From Ornithinimicrobium kibberense (GTDB lineage: Bacteria > Actinomycetota > Actinomycetes > Actinomycetales > Dermatophilaceae): a DNA stretch of 32,000 nt. Below, one piece after another: positions 1 to 7,660 of the stretch. Numbering within the stretch: position 1 is the first letter of the stretch; every line of letters starts with the position of its first letter. A program made the translations under genes and the position numbers. The notes beneath the pieces are model-generated. The model was not told the DNA's origin and searched no databases. It was given only the letters and a program-made list of their open reading frames with translations. Location of the stretch: contig NZ_VFXM01000015.1 of the NCBI RefSeq assembly GCF_006519705.1, forward strand, positions 48,179 through 80,178. The letters are read 5' to 3'.

Positions 1-453
1 CGCGGCTACGTGGACCGCCTCGACCGGGCGCCGGACGGGCGGCTGCGCGTGGTGGACTACAAGACCGGCCGGGCACCGTCACCCGCCTTCGAGGTGCCCG
101 CCCTGTTCCAGCTGCGGTTCTACGCGCTGGCCCTGTGGCGCTCCACCGGGGTGCTCCCGTCCCGGCTGCAGCTGGTCTACCTGGGCGACGGGGTGCTGCT
201 GTGGACCGACCCGACCGAGCGCGAGGTGCTGGCCACCGAGCGGAAGGTCCGGGCGCTGTGGGCCGCGATCGACCTGGCCGGCCGGACGGGCGACTGGCGC
301 CCACGGCCGTCCCGGGCCTGCTCGTGGTGCGCCCACCGGGCGCTCTGCCCGGCGTGGGGCGGCACCCCGCCACCGGTGCCGTCAGCCGAGGGGCCCGCCG
401 TCGTCGCGCCGGCGCAGGTAGCGCTCGAACTCCCGGGCGATCGCGTCCCCTGA
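1..453 (+). CDS. PD-(D/E)XK / RecB-family nuclease, C-terminal fragment (5' end lies outside the window)
   Basis: The frame is open from base 1 (RGYVDRLDRAPDGRLRVVDYKTGRAP...). It shows a D...(D/E)xK-type core 'VVDYKTG' and a C-terminal Cys cluster CSWCAHRALC, as in Cas4/AddB-like Fe-S nucleases. GC3 is high. Confidence 0.75.
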   Translation, partial: RGYVDRLDRAPDGRLRVVDYKTGRAPSPAFEVPALFQLRFYALALWRSTGVLPSRLQLVYLGDGVLLWTDPTEREVLATERKVRALWAAIDLAGRTGDWRPRPSRACSWCAHRALCPAWGGTPPPVPSAEGPAVVAPAQVALELPGDRVP

Positions 454-1245
454 CGCCTCCGGCAGGTCGGCGGCGTCCTGCGACTCCTCGAGCTGGCGGA
501 CGTAGTCGCGCACCTCGTCGTCGGTCGCCGCGAGCTCGTCGACCCCCCGTTCCCACGCGCGCGCCGCGTCGGCCAGCCCGGAGTCGTCGATGACGCAGTC
601 GAGCAGCTCCTCGAGCTGGCCCAGCAGGGCCAGGGACGCCTTGGGCGACGGCGGGCCGCCGGCGTAGTGCGGGACCGCGGCCCAGCAGGACACGGTCGGC
701 AGGTCGGCCTGCCGCGCCTCGTCCGCGAGCACGCCCACGATGCCGGTCGGCCCCTCGTAGGTGCTCGGTTCGATGTCCTCGTGCGCGGACCGCAGGTCGC
801 GGTCCTCCGAGGACAGGCCCACCGGGATCGGCCGGGTGTGCGGCACGTCGGCCAGCATCGCCCCGAGCAGGACCAGCAGCTGGGCGCCCTCGTGCAGGGC
901 CAGGCCGAGGATGTCGGCGGTGAAGTGCCTCCACCGGATGGACGGCTCGATCCCGTGGACGAGGATGACGTCGCGTCCGGACGGGGTGTCCTTGGCGAGG
1001 AAGACCCGCGTCGTGGGCCACCGGACGACCCGCCCCTCGTCCGTCCCGAGCACCTGGGGGCGGTTGACCTGGAAGTCGTAGTAGTCCTCGGGGTCGACGG
1101 CGGCGACCAGCTCGGCCCCCCACACCTCGACGAGGTGCTCGATCACGCCGGAGGCGCTCTCGCCGGCGTCGTTCCACCCCTCGAAGGCCGCGATGACGAC
1201 GGGGTCGACGAGGTCGCCCGTCTCGCGCAGCTCGATCATCGACAT
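382..1245 (-). CDS. PAC2 (proteasome assembly chaperone 2-like) family protein
   Basis: ORF 382..1269. MSMIELRETGDLVDPVVIAAFEGWNDAGESAS... resembles actinobacterial PAC2-family N-termini. Start placed at ATG 1245, which is preceded by GAGGAGGAGC (SD). Confidence 0.8.
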   Translation of the reverse strand: MSMIELRETGDLVDPVVIAAFEGWNDAGESASGVIEHLVEVWGAELVAAVDPEDYYDFQVNRPQVLGTDEGRVVRWPTTRVFLAKDTPSGRDVILVHGIEPSIRWRHFTADILGLALHEGAQLLVLLGAMLADVPHTRPIPVGLSSEDRDLRSAHEDIEPSTYEGPTGIVGVLADEARQADLPTVSCWAAVPHYAGGPPSPKASLALLGQLEELLDCVIDDSGLADAARAWERGVDELAATDDEVRDYVRQLEESQDAADLPEASGDAIAREFERYLRRRDDGGPLG

Positions 1246-1298
1246 GCTCCTCCTCGGCTCCTGGCCCACCTTACGTCCACGGCCGCTACCGTGGGGGT

Positions 1299-2036
1299 GT
1301 GCCGAGCTCTCCCCTCCCCGCGACCCCGACGACCCCCGCGACCGGGCCCGTCCCGTCGTCGGACCCGGCCGGGCAGCCGGCGCTGCCGGCCGCGGTCCTG
1401 TGGGACATGGACGGCACGCTCGTGGACACCGAGCCCTACTGGATGGCGGAGGAGACGGCGCTGGTCGAGGCGGCCGGGGGCACCTGGAGCCACGAGGAGG
1501 CCCTGGGCCTGGTGGGCAACGACCTCATGGTCTCGGCCCAGGTCCTGCTGGAGCGCACGCCGGTGACCGGGACCCGCGAGCAGGTCGTCGACGCGCTCGT
1601 CTCCGGGGTCGCGGCGCGGATGCGGACCGGCCTGCCCTGGCGGCCCGGCGCCCCGGAGCTGCTGGCCGACCTGCGCCGCCAGGACGTCCCGTGCGCCCTG
1701 GTGACCATGTCCTGGACGGCGCTGGCGGACGTCCTGCTCGAGCACCTGCCGGCCGGCACGTTCGCCGCGGTGGTCACCGGCGACCAGGTCGAGCGGGGCA
1801 AGCCGCACCCCGACCCCTACCTCGAGGCGGCGCGTCGGCTGGCCGTGGAGCCGCAGGACTGCGTGGCGCTCGAGGACTCCCCCACCGGCGCGACCTCGGC
1901 GACCGCGGCCGGCGTCCCGACGCTCGTGGTCCCCAACGTCGTGGAGGTCCCCCGCCTGGCCGGGGCGGTGCGGCTCGGCAGCCTCGTCGACGTGACGGCC
2001 GAGGACCTGCTGCCGCTGCTGGCCGCCGGGACCTGA
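1299..2036 (+). CDS. HAD-IA family hydrolase (beta-phosphoglucomutase-like phosphatase)
   Basis: HAD motif I 'WDMDGTLVDTE'; motifs III/IV 'GKPHPDPYLEAARRL...ALEDSPTGATSATAAGVPTLVVP'. The start is uncertain because the N-terminal 30 aa are Pro/Thr-rich. Confidence 0.85.
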   Translation: MPSSPLPATPTTPATGPVPSSDPAGQPALPAAVLWDMDGTLVDTEPYWMAEETALVEAAGGTWSHEEALGLVGNDLMVSAQVLLERTPVTGTREQVVDALVSGVAARMRTGLPWRPGAPELLADLRRQDVPCALVTMSWTALADVLLEHLPAGTFAAVVTGDQVERGKPHPDPYLEAARRLAVEPQDCVALEDSPTGATSATAAGVPTLVVPNVVEVPRLAGAVRLGSLVDVTAEDLLPLLAAGT

Positions 2037-2047
2037 CCGGGGGTCAG
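2033..2047. terminator. Palindrome CTGACC-GGG-GGTCAG spanning two convergent stop codons
   Basis: The HAD stop TGA (2034-2036) and the ectC stop (2044-2046) lie inside 6-bp perfect arms. There is no U-tract. Confidence 0.35.
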
Positions 2048-2466
2048 CGCTCGCGGACGACCGACCCGTCGTCCTGCAGCCGCAGGAGCGGGTAGATCCC
2101 CTCCTCGTCGTGCACCTCGCGCCCGGTGACGGGCGGGGAGAAGACGCAGAGCATCCGCATCTGCTCCTCGCAGACCAGCTCGTGCCGCTCGTGGCCGTCG
2201 AGCAGGTACATGCTGCCCGGTCCGAGCTCGTGCTCGACGCCGTGGTCGAGGTCGCGCAGGACCCCCCTGCCCTCCACGAGCCAGACCGCCTCCACGTGGT
2301 GGGCGTAGTGGAAGACGTTGCGCGTACCTGCCGGGATGGTCGTCTCGTGGAACGAGAAGCCGGCCCGGTCCTCGGCCAGGACGATCCGCTTGGACCGCCA
2401 GGTCCCGGCCTCGTTGGTCACGTCCCGGTCGGTGCCGGTGATCCCGGCCGTGGTGCGGACGATCAT
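2044..2466 (-). CDS. ectC: Ectoine synthase (EctC)-type cupin, solitary
   Basis: [16 protein letters not shown]...[26 protein letters not shown]...[17 protein letters not shown]...[20 protein letters not shown] aligns along its full length with canonical EctC as I remember it (MIVR..., LAEDGxGFSFH, HxEAVYCIEGEG, CVFxPPLTGxEVHDEDGxYP). ATG 2466 overlaps the mshC stop (ATGA, 2463-2466). The 232-aa track ORF is an upstream extension into mshC. Confidence 0.85.
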   Translation of the reverse strand: MIVRTTAGITGTDRDVTNEAGTWRSKRIVLAEDRAGFSFHETTIPAGTRNVFHYAHHVEAVWLVEGRGVLRDLDHGVEHELGPGSMYLLDGHERHELVCEEQMRMLCVFSPPVTGREVHDEEGIYPLLRLQDDGSVVRER

Positions 2467-3761
2467 GCGGCCTCCTCGGTCAGCAGGACGCCCAGCAGGG
2501 CGTCGACGGCGGTGGGCACCAGCAGGGAGCCGGTGCCGCGCTCGAGGACGGCGGCGGCCCAGCGGTCGACCGCCAGCAGGGCCGCCGGGCTGTCCAGGTC
2601 GTCCGCCAGGTGGCGGCGGACCTCGCGCACGACGTCGAGGTCCTGCGCGTCGGGCTCCGCGTCCGCCGCGCGGGCGACGGAGGCGGCCGCCCGCCACCGG
2701 GAGAGCCGTTCCTCGGCCCGGTGCAGGAGCTCGTCGGTCCACTCCCAGGACCGCCGGTAGTGCTGGCCGAGCAGGACCAGGCGCAGGGCCATGGGGTCGA
2801 CCCCCGCGGCCCGCTGGCGGGACACGAGGACCAGGTTGCCCTTGGACTTGCTCATCTTCTCGCCGTCCAGCCCGACCATCGCCTGGTGCACGTAGGCCTG
2901 GGCGAACGGGGCGCCGTCCTGCAGCGCGGTGCCCTCGACGGCGCTCATCTCATGGTGGGGGAAGACCAGGTCGTCGCCGCCGCCCTGCACGTCGAAGCCG
3001 GGGCCGAGGTAGCGCTGGGCGATGGTGGAGCACTCGATGTGCCAGCCGGGGCGTCCCTGCCCGAGAGGACCACCGTCCCAGTGGGGCTCGCCCACCCGGC
3101 CGGCGCGCCACAGCAACGGGTCGAAGGGGTCGCGCTTGCCCTGCCGGTCGGGGTCCCCGCCGCGGTCGGCGAACACGGCCATCATCTGCTCGCGGGTCCA
3201 GCCGGACACCGCGCCGAAGGTGGGCTGGGTGGACAGGTCCAGGTAGACGTCGGAGCGCTCCGCCCCCGGCACGGTCTGCTCCTCGTCCGGCACCGGCACG
3301 TGGTAGGCGACACCGTCGTCGAGCAGCTTGGTGACCGCGGTGACGTTGTCGGGGATGCCCTCGACGGCCCCCACGTAGTGGTCGGGCGGCAGCACGCGCA
3401 GCGCCTCCATGTCCTGGCGGAAGAGGTCGATCTCGCGGGCGGCCAGGTCCTCCCAGTGCACCCCGTCGCGGTCGGCCCGCTCCAGGAGGGGCTCGTCGAC
3501 GTCGGTGACGTTCTGGACGTAGAGGACCTCCAGGCCGGCGTCCCGCCAGACCCGGTTCACCAGGTCGAAGGTGACGTAGGTGGCGGCGTGTCCCATGTGG
3601 GTGGCGTCGTAGGGGGTGATCCCGCAGACGTACATCCGCGCACGTCCGTCCACCGGTTCCGGCGTCACCGGCCCGTGGGTGGCGGTGTCGTGGACGACGA
3701 GGGGTCCGCCGCGCTCGGCGGTCGGGACGGTCGGCACGGGGTCGGCGGTCCAGGTGTTCAC
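2463..3761 (-). CDS. mshC: L-cysteine:1D-myo-inositol 2-amino-2-deoxy-alpha-D-glucopyranoside ligase (mycothiol ligase)
   Basis: Class-I aaRS-like signatures '[20 protein letters not shown]' (HIGH-type) and 'EKMSKSKGN' (KMSKS). The N-terminus and length (432 aa) are typical of MshC rather than CysS. GTG start at 3761. Confidence 0.92.
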   Translation of the reverse strand: MNTWTADPVPTVPTAERGGPLVVHDTATHGPVTPEPVDGRARMYVCGITPYDATHMGHAATYVTFDLVNRVWRDAGLEVLYVQNVTDVDEPLLERADRDGVHWEDLAAREIDLFRQDMEALRVLPPDHYVGAVEGIPDNVTAVTKLLDDGVAYHVPVPDEEQTVPGAERSDVYLDLSTQPTFGAVSGWTREQMMAVFADRGGDPDRQGKRDPFDPLLWRAGRVGEPHWDGGPLGQGRPGWHIECSTIAQRYLGPGFDVQGGGDDLVFPHHEMSAVEGTALQDGAPFAQAYVHQAMVGLDGEKMSKSKGNLVLVSRQRAAGVDPMALRLVLLGQHYRRSWEWTDELLHRAEERLSRWRAAASVARAADAEPDAQDLDVVREVRRHLADDLDSPAALLAVDRWAAAVLERGTGSLLVPTAVDALLGVLLTEEAA

Positions 3762-3812
3762 GACGGGCCAGCCTAGTCGTCGGCGGGACGGGCCCTCACC
3801 ACGGCGCCCGTC

Positions 3813-4685
3813 TCACCACAGCGGCCAGGGCAGCGGGTAGCGGGTGACCGGCGGCGCGGGCAGGTGCCCGGCCGCCAGCAGTGCGACGACCCGTGCCCGC
3901 AGGGCCCCCACCTCGTCCTCGGCGAGGAGCCGCTCCACACCGGTGCCTTCGTCCAGGGCCGCGACCAGCCGCTCGAGGTGGGCCCGGTCGGTCCCGTCGA
4001 GCGCCTGGCCGGCCCATCCCCACAGCACGGTGCGCAGCTTGTCGTCGGCGTGCAGCGTCAGGCCGTGGTCGAAGCCCCGGAGGCGGCCGTGCACGTCCAC
4101 GGTGAGGTGGGCGGCCTTGCGGTCGGCGTTGTTGAGGACCACGTCGAGCACGGCGACCGCGCGCAGGTCGGCCCGGTCGGCGTGCGCCACGACGACCGGC
4201 CGGCCCGTCTGGTCCTCCCCCTGGACGACGGGCATCCACGCGGGGTCGTCGACGTCGGCGGGCAGCACCTCGACGAGCCCTGCGCTGGGGTCGGCCCGCC
4301 GCCCGGCGTCCTGCTCGACCCACGCCTGGACCGAGCCGGGGCCGAGGGGCCCGTCGCGCAGCAGGGTGGGCGGCACGACGTCCCACCCGCCGGCGCGGGA
4401 GACCAGGTATGCCGCCACCTCCCGCCGTGCGAGCGTGCCGGGGGGGAAGTCGGCGAGGGGACGGGCCCCCCGGTCCGGCTTGTAGACGGCCTGATGACCC
4501 GTGGGGCGGCCGTCGTCGTCGCACAGGTCGACCAGCAGGGTGAGGTTGGAGGCCTCGACGAGGCGGCCGACGAGCTCGATCCTGCTGCGCGAGAGCAGGT
4601 CCAGGACCTGCGCGTCCTCGTCGTCCGGCGGGGCGGGGACCGGCTCGTCGCCGCCCCGTCCGCCGGGCCCGACCTGGGCGGTCAT
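3813..4685 (-). CDS. SCO1664-family protein (PI3/PI4-kinase-like fold, function unknown)
   Basis: 290 aa. 'LLVDLCDDDGRPTGHQAVYKPDRGARPLADFPPGTLARREVAAYLVS...NNADRKAAHL...DHGLT' resembles the actinobacterial SCO1664 family. It sits in the expected position next to DUF3090 and the phosphomutase. Confidence 0.8.
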   Translation of the reverse strand: MTAQVGPGGRGGDEPVPAPPDDEDAQVLDLLSRSRIELVGRLVEASNLTLLVDLCDDDGRPTGHQAVYKPDRGARPLADFPPGTLARREVAAYLVSRAGGWDVVPPTLLRDGPLGPGSVQAWVEQDAGRRADPSAGLVEVLPADVDDPAWMPVVQGEDQTGRPVVVAHADRADLRAVAVLDVVLNNADRKAAHLTVDVHGRLRGFDHGLTLHADDKLRTVLWGWAGQALDGTDRAHLERLVAALDEGTGVERLLAEDEVGALRARVVALLAAGHLPAPPVTRYPLPWPLW

Positions 4686-4701
4686 CCGGACGGTCCGGCC
4701 T

Positions 4702-5253
4702 TCAGCGCTTGTAGCCGTTGGCCCGCGGGCAGACGTGCCCGCCGGGGTCCAGCGGCTGCCCGCAGAACGGGCACGACGGTCGGCCGCCCTCCAGGGACGC
4801 GGTGCAGCGCAGCGCGAACGCCCTGGCCCGGGCGGGACCCAGGACGACGGTCAGCGACTGGGGGACCCGACCGGTCCACGGGTAGTCCTCCGTGGGGTCC
4901 AGCTCGAGGAGGTCCTCGGCCTCGGGGCGGTCGAACGCCTCCAGCACGACGCGCTCCCGGCCGGCGTCCCAGGCGACCGACAGACGCTGCATGCGGAAGT
5001 CGTCGTCGAAGGGCCCGTCCAGCGGGGCGTTGTCGACGAACGGGGCCGCCGCGTCCTCCGACCCCTCCTCGGGGGACACCTCGTCCAGCAGCTCGCCCAG
5101 GGAGACGCCCAGGAGGCGGACCTGCTCCTTCTCCAGGGACACCGTGGTCCGCCGGTCCCCGTCCCCGGCCTGGAGGAAGAACGTCCGCTGCCCCGGGGGG
5201 CCGACGCTGCCGGCGACGAACCGCTCGGGCGGGTCGTAGACGTGTTCGGGCAT
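4702..5253 (-). CDS. DUF3090 domain-containing protein
   Basis: MPEHVYDPPERFVAGSVGPPGQRTFFLQA... with a C-terminal Cys knuckle CPFCGQPLDPGGHVCPRANGYKR. Start placed at ATG 5253 (track ORF starts at 5286). Confidence 0.8.
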   Translation of the reverse strand: MPEHVYDPPERFVAGSVGPPGQRTFFLQAGDGDRRTTVSLEKEQVRLLGVSLGELLDEVSPEEGSEDAAAPFVDNAPLDGPFDDDFRMQRLSVAWDAGRERVVLEAFDRPEAEDLLELDPTEDYPWTGRVPQSLTVVLGPARARAFALRCTASLEGGRPSCPFCGQPLDPGGHVCPRANGYKR

Positions 5254-5263
5254 GGTCACAACC

Positions 5264-5992
5264 CTACGTCGCCCCCGCTCCCCCACCGACCGCCGCGTCG
5301 CCGGAGGCCCCCTGCGACTCCAGGGCCGCCCGGAGCGCCGACAGGTCGACCGGACCGGTCCCGGCGTCGTTGGTGCGCAGCACGAACGGGCGGCGGGGCG
5401 TGCGGTGGACGATGCTCACCGAGGCCGGGTCGACGACGATCCGCTGGAACTCGTCCAGCGGCGTGGCCAGGGCGTGCGCCAGCACCGCCTTGATGACGTC
5501 GCCGTGGCTGACCGCCACCCAGACCGCGCCCGCCCCGTGCTCGGCCTCGAGCCGCGCGTCCCACTCCTGCACCGCGGCGACCGCCCGCTCCTGCATCGCG
5601 GCCATCGACTCGTGCTCGTGCTCCGGGTGCGGGGGGAAGGTCACCGTGGACGGCCGGTCCTGCACCTGCCGCCACAGGTCCTCCCGGGCGAGGTCCTCGA
5701 GCCGGCGCCCCGTCCAGGCGCCGTACCTGGCCTCCGCGAGCCGCTCGTCGGTGTGGACCGGGGGGCGGGCATCCGCGGGTATGCCGTCCACGAGCACCTC
5801 GGCGGTCTCCTGGCACCGGTGCAGCGGGCTGGCGACGACGGCGACCACCCCGGTGGTGCGCAGCCGGGCGGCCACGGCGGCGGCCTGCTCCCGTCCGGTC
5901 GTGTCCAGCGCCAGGCCGGGGGTCCAGCCGGCGAGCACGCCGGAGGCGTTGGCCTCCGTCCGGCCGTGGCGCACGAGCAGGCAGACCGCCAC
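5264..5992 (-). CDS. Histidine-phosphatase superfamily protein, MSMEG_4193-type putative phosphomutase
   Basis: 'LLVRHGRTEANASGVLAGW' (RHG catalytic motif) and 'VSHGDVIKAVLA'. GTG 5992 lies 1 nt after the LLM gene stop (5994). The 508-aa track ORF is a composite. Confidence 0.85.
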   Translation of the reverse strand: MAVCLLVRHGRTEANASGVLAGWTPGLALDTTGREQAAAVAARLRTTGVVAVVASPLHRCQETAEVLVDGIPADARPPVHTDERLAEARYGAWTGRRLEDLAREDLWRQVQDRPSTVTFPPHPEHEHESMAAMQERAVAAVQEWDARLEAEHGAGAVWVAVSHGDVIKAVLAHALATPLDEFQRIVVDPASVSIVHRTPRRPFVLRTNDAGTGPVDLSALRAALESQGASGDAAVGGGAGAT

Positions 5993-5993
5993 C

Positions 5994-7046
5994 TCAGCCC
6001 GCCCGTCCGAGCCGTGCGTGGGCCTCGACGGCGACCTCCAGGGCCTCGCGGCGGGCCGTGGCGTCCTTGCCCCAGGGGGCCACGGTGAGCGTGGTGATGC
6101 CGGCGTCGGCGTAGCGCCGCATGCGCTCGGTGATCCGGTCCACGTCGCCGAGGAGGGAGGTGTCGTCGACGAACTGCGGGGGCAGCGCCGCGGCCGCCTC
6201 GCCCCAGCGACGGTCGAGGTAGAGCTCCTGCACCCGGTCGGCCTCCTTCTCGTAGCCCATCCGGCAGGCCAGCTGGTGGTAGAAGTTCTGCCGGCGGCTG
6301 CCCATGCCGCCGACGTAGAGCGCGGGGTAGGGGCTGACGGTGCGCACGCACTCCTCGAGGTCGTCCCCGGTGGCCAGGGCCACGGTCGCGCTCGTGTCGA
6401 AGCTTTCCGGTGGGCCGCCGCCCGGCCGTCGGGAGAACCCGGCCTCGAGGGAGGCGCGCTGCTCGACGAAGTGGTCGGGCGAGACGAACACCCCCAGCCA
6501 GCCGTCGGCGATCTCCCCGGCCAGCTCCATGTTGCGGGGGCCCACCGCGGCCAGGTAGAGCGGGATCTCCCGCCGGTGCGTGTGCGCCAGCCGCAGCGGC
6601 TTGCCGGGTCCGTCCGGCAGCGGCAGCTCGAAGTGCCGACCCTGGTGGCTGACGGGGCGGCGCGACAGCGCGAGCCGCACGATGTCGGCATACTCCCTGG
6701 TCCGCGCCAGCGGGGCGTCGAAGCGCACCCCGTGCCAGCCCTCGGAGACCTGGGGGCCGCTGACGCCCAGCCCGAGCCGGAACCGTCCACCGGAGAGGCT
6801 GTCCAGGCTCGCGGCGGTCATCGCCGTCGCGGCCGGGGCGCGGGCGGGGATCTGCATCACCCCCGCGCCCAGCCCGATCCGCCGGGTCCGGGCCCCGACC
6901 CAGGCCAGGACGCTGACGACGTCAGGGCCGTAGGCCTCCGCCGCCCAGAAGACGTCGACCCCCAGCTCGTCGGCCCGCTCGACGAGGGCGAGGTTCTCCT
7001 CGTCGCGGCCCTGCCCCCAGAATCCGCAGCTCAGGCCCAGCCGCAC
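5994..7046 (-). CDS. LLM-class F420-dependent oxidoreductase
   Basis: 350 aa of luciferase-like monooxygenase-family sequence (MRLGLSCGFWG...VDVFWAAEAYGPD...GRFRLGLGVSGPQVSEGWHG...). GTG start lies 3 nt after the upstream gene stop. Confidence 0.85.
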   Translation of the reverse strand: MRLGLSCGFWGQGRDEENLALVERADELGVDVFWAAEAYGPDVVSVLAWVGARTRRIGLGAGVMQIPARAPAATAMTAASLDSLSGGRFRLGLGVSGPQVSEGWHGVRFDAPLARTREYADIVRLALSRRPVSHQGRHFELPLPDGPGKPLRLAHTHRREIPLYLAAVGPRNMELAGEIADGWLGVFVSPDHFVEQRASLEAGFSRRPGGGPPESFDTSATVALATGDDLEECVRTVSPYPALYVGGMGSRRQNFYHQLACRMGYEKEADRVQELYLDRRWGEAAAALPPQFVDDTSLLGDVDRITERMRRYADAGITTLTVAPWGKDATARREALEVAVEAHARLGRAG

Positions 7047-7049
7047 CGC

Positions 7050-7370
7050 TCAGCCCCGCGGCGTGGGGTCGACGTCGTACTCCTCGTCGTCCAGGCCCAG
7101 GTAGGGCTCGCCGTCGTCCTCCTCGTCGTCGTCGTCCTCGTCGTCGTCGTCCTCGTCGTCGACGAGCTCCTCGTCGTAGACCTCCAGCGGGGTGACCTCC
7201 CCGTAGGCGTCCATCAGCGCGTCGTCGTAGGCGGCGAACGCCTCGGCCACCCGTTCGTAGGCCTCGACGACCGCGGGGTCGTCCTCCCCCCGGCTCACCG
7301 CGGCGGTCTCCAGGTGGGTCTCGAGGGCGGCGACGAAGGACGAGAGGGCGGCGCGCGGGTCGAGGGTCAT
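7050..7370 (-). CDS. Small acidic protein (hypothetical), poly-Asp/Glu C-terminal region
   Basis: 106 aa, MTLDPRAALSSFVAALETHLE...DDEDDDDEDDDDEEDDGEPYLGLDDEEYDVDPTPRG. GC3 is high. The stop is 3 nt from the LLM start, so it is the first gene of the long minus-strand operon. Confidence 0.65.
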   Translation of the reverse strand: MTLDPRAALSSFVAALETHLETAAVSRGEDDPAVVEAYERVAEAFAAYDDALMDAYGEVTPLEVYDEELVDDEDDDDEDDDDEEDDGEPYLGLDDEEYDVDPTPRG

Positions 7371-7436
7371 GGGACGACCGTAGCGCGAAACCCGCAGGCA
7401 CGGCAGGGTGCGGCGCGGACGCGGTCCGCCGTGCCT

Positions 7437-7637
7437 ATGCTGTCGCTCACCATGGTCGAGTACGAGTTCCGTGAGCTGACGTTCTACCGGGACAGCTCCC
7501 GCTCGGCGGTGCGGCAGACGCTGGCCGAGCACGCCGAGTACGGGCACTGGGAGCTGGTGCGGGTGCGGGTGTTCTGGGGCGGGGTGCGCAAGGTCGTCCT
7601 TCGCCGCAGGATCATCCGGGTCCGCCGCACCGCCTGA
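7437..7637 (+). CDS. DUF5703-like small protein
   Basis: MLSLTMVEYEFRELTFYRDSSRSAVRQTLAEHAEYGHWELVRVRVFWGGVRKVVLRRRIIRVRRTA. The 'AEYGHWEL...RK..LRRRI' signature is what I remember for DUF5703. This is the 3' tail of an otherwise spurious 1257-aa track ORF. Alternative ATG at 7452. Confidence 0.7.
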   Translation: MLSLTMVEYEFRELTFYRDSSRSAVRQTLAEHAEYGHWELVRVRVFWGGVRKVVLRRRIIRVRRTA

Positions 7638-7660
7638 GCGCCGGCCGGCTGCCGCGGCTC

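Noticed and set aside
2467-2742. N-terminal extension of the ectC ORF (232-aa version)
   Set aside because: It lies entirely inside mshC in another frame and is Arg/Pro/Gly-rich. The canonical EctC N-terminus MIVR starts at ATG 2466.
7113-7166. GTC/CTC triplet-repeat tract
   Set aside because: It simply encodes the poly-Asp/Glu segment of the acidic protein. It is not a CRISPR, VNTR or intergenic repeat.
3864-7637. 1257-aa plus-strand ORF, together with similar giants at 7739..10687, 10318..12930, 16111..18486, 20940..23657 and 21873..25142
   Set aside because: These are antisense or out-of-frame shadows of well-supported genes in stop-poor high-GC DNA. Their translations are Arg/Pro/Gly/Ala low-complexity sequence with no recognisable domains. 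Only sub-segments are real: the last 66 codons of 3864..7637 (DUF5703-like, 7437-7637), and the C-terminal HNH/DUF222 coding portion of 21873..25142, whose upstream extension is the artefact.
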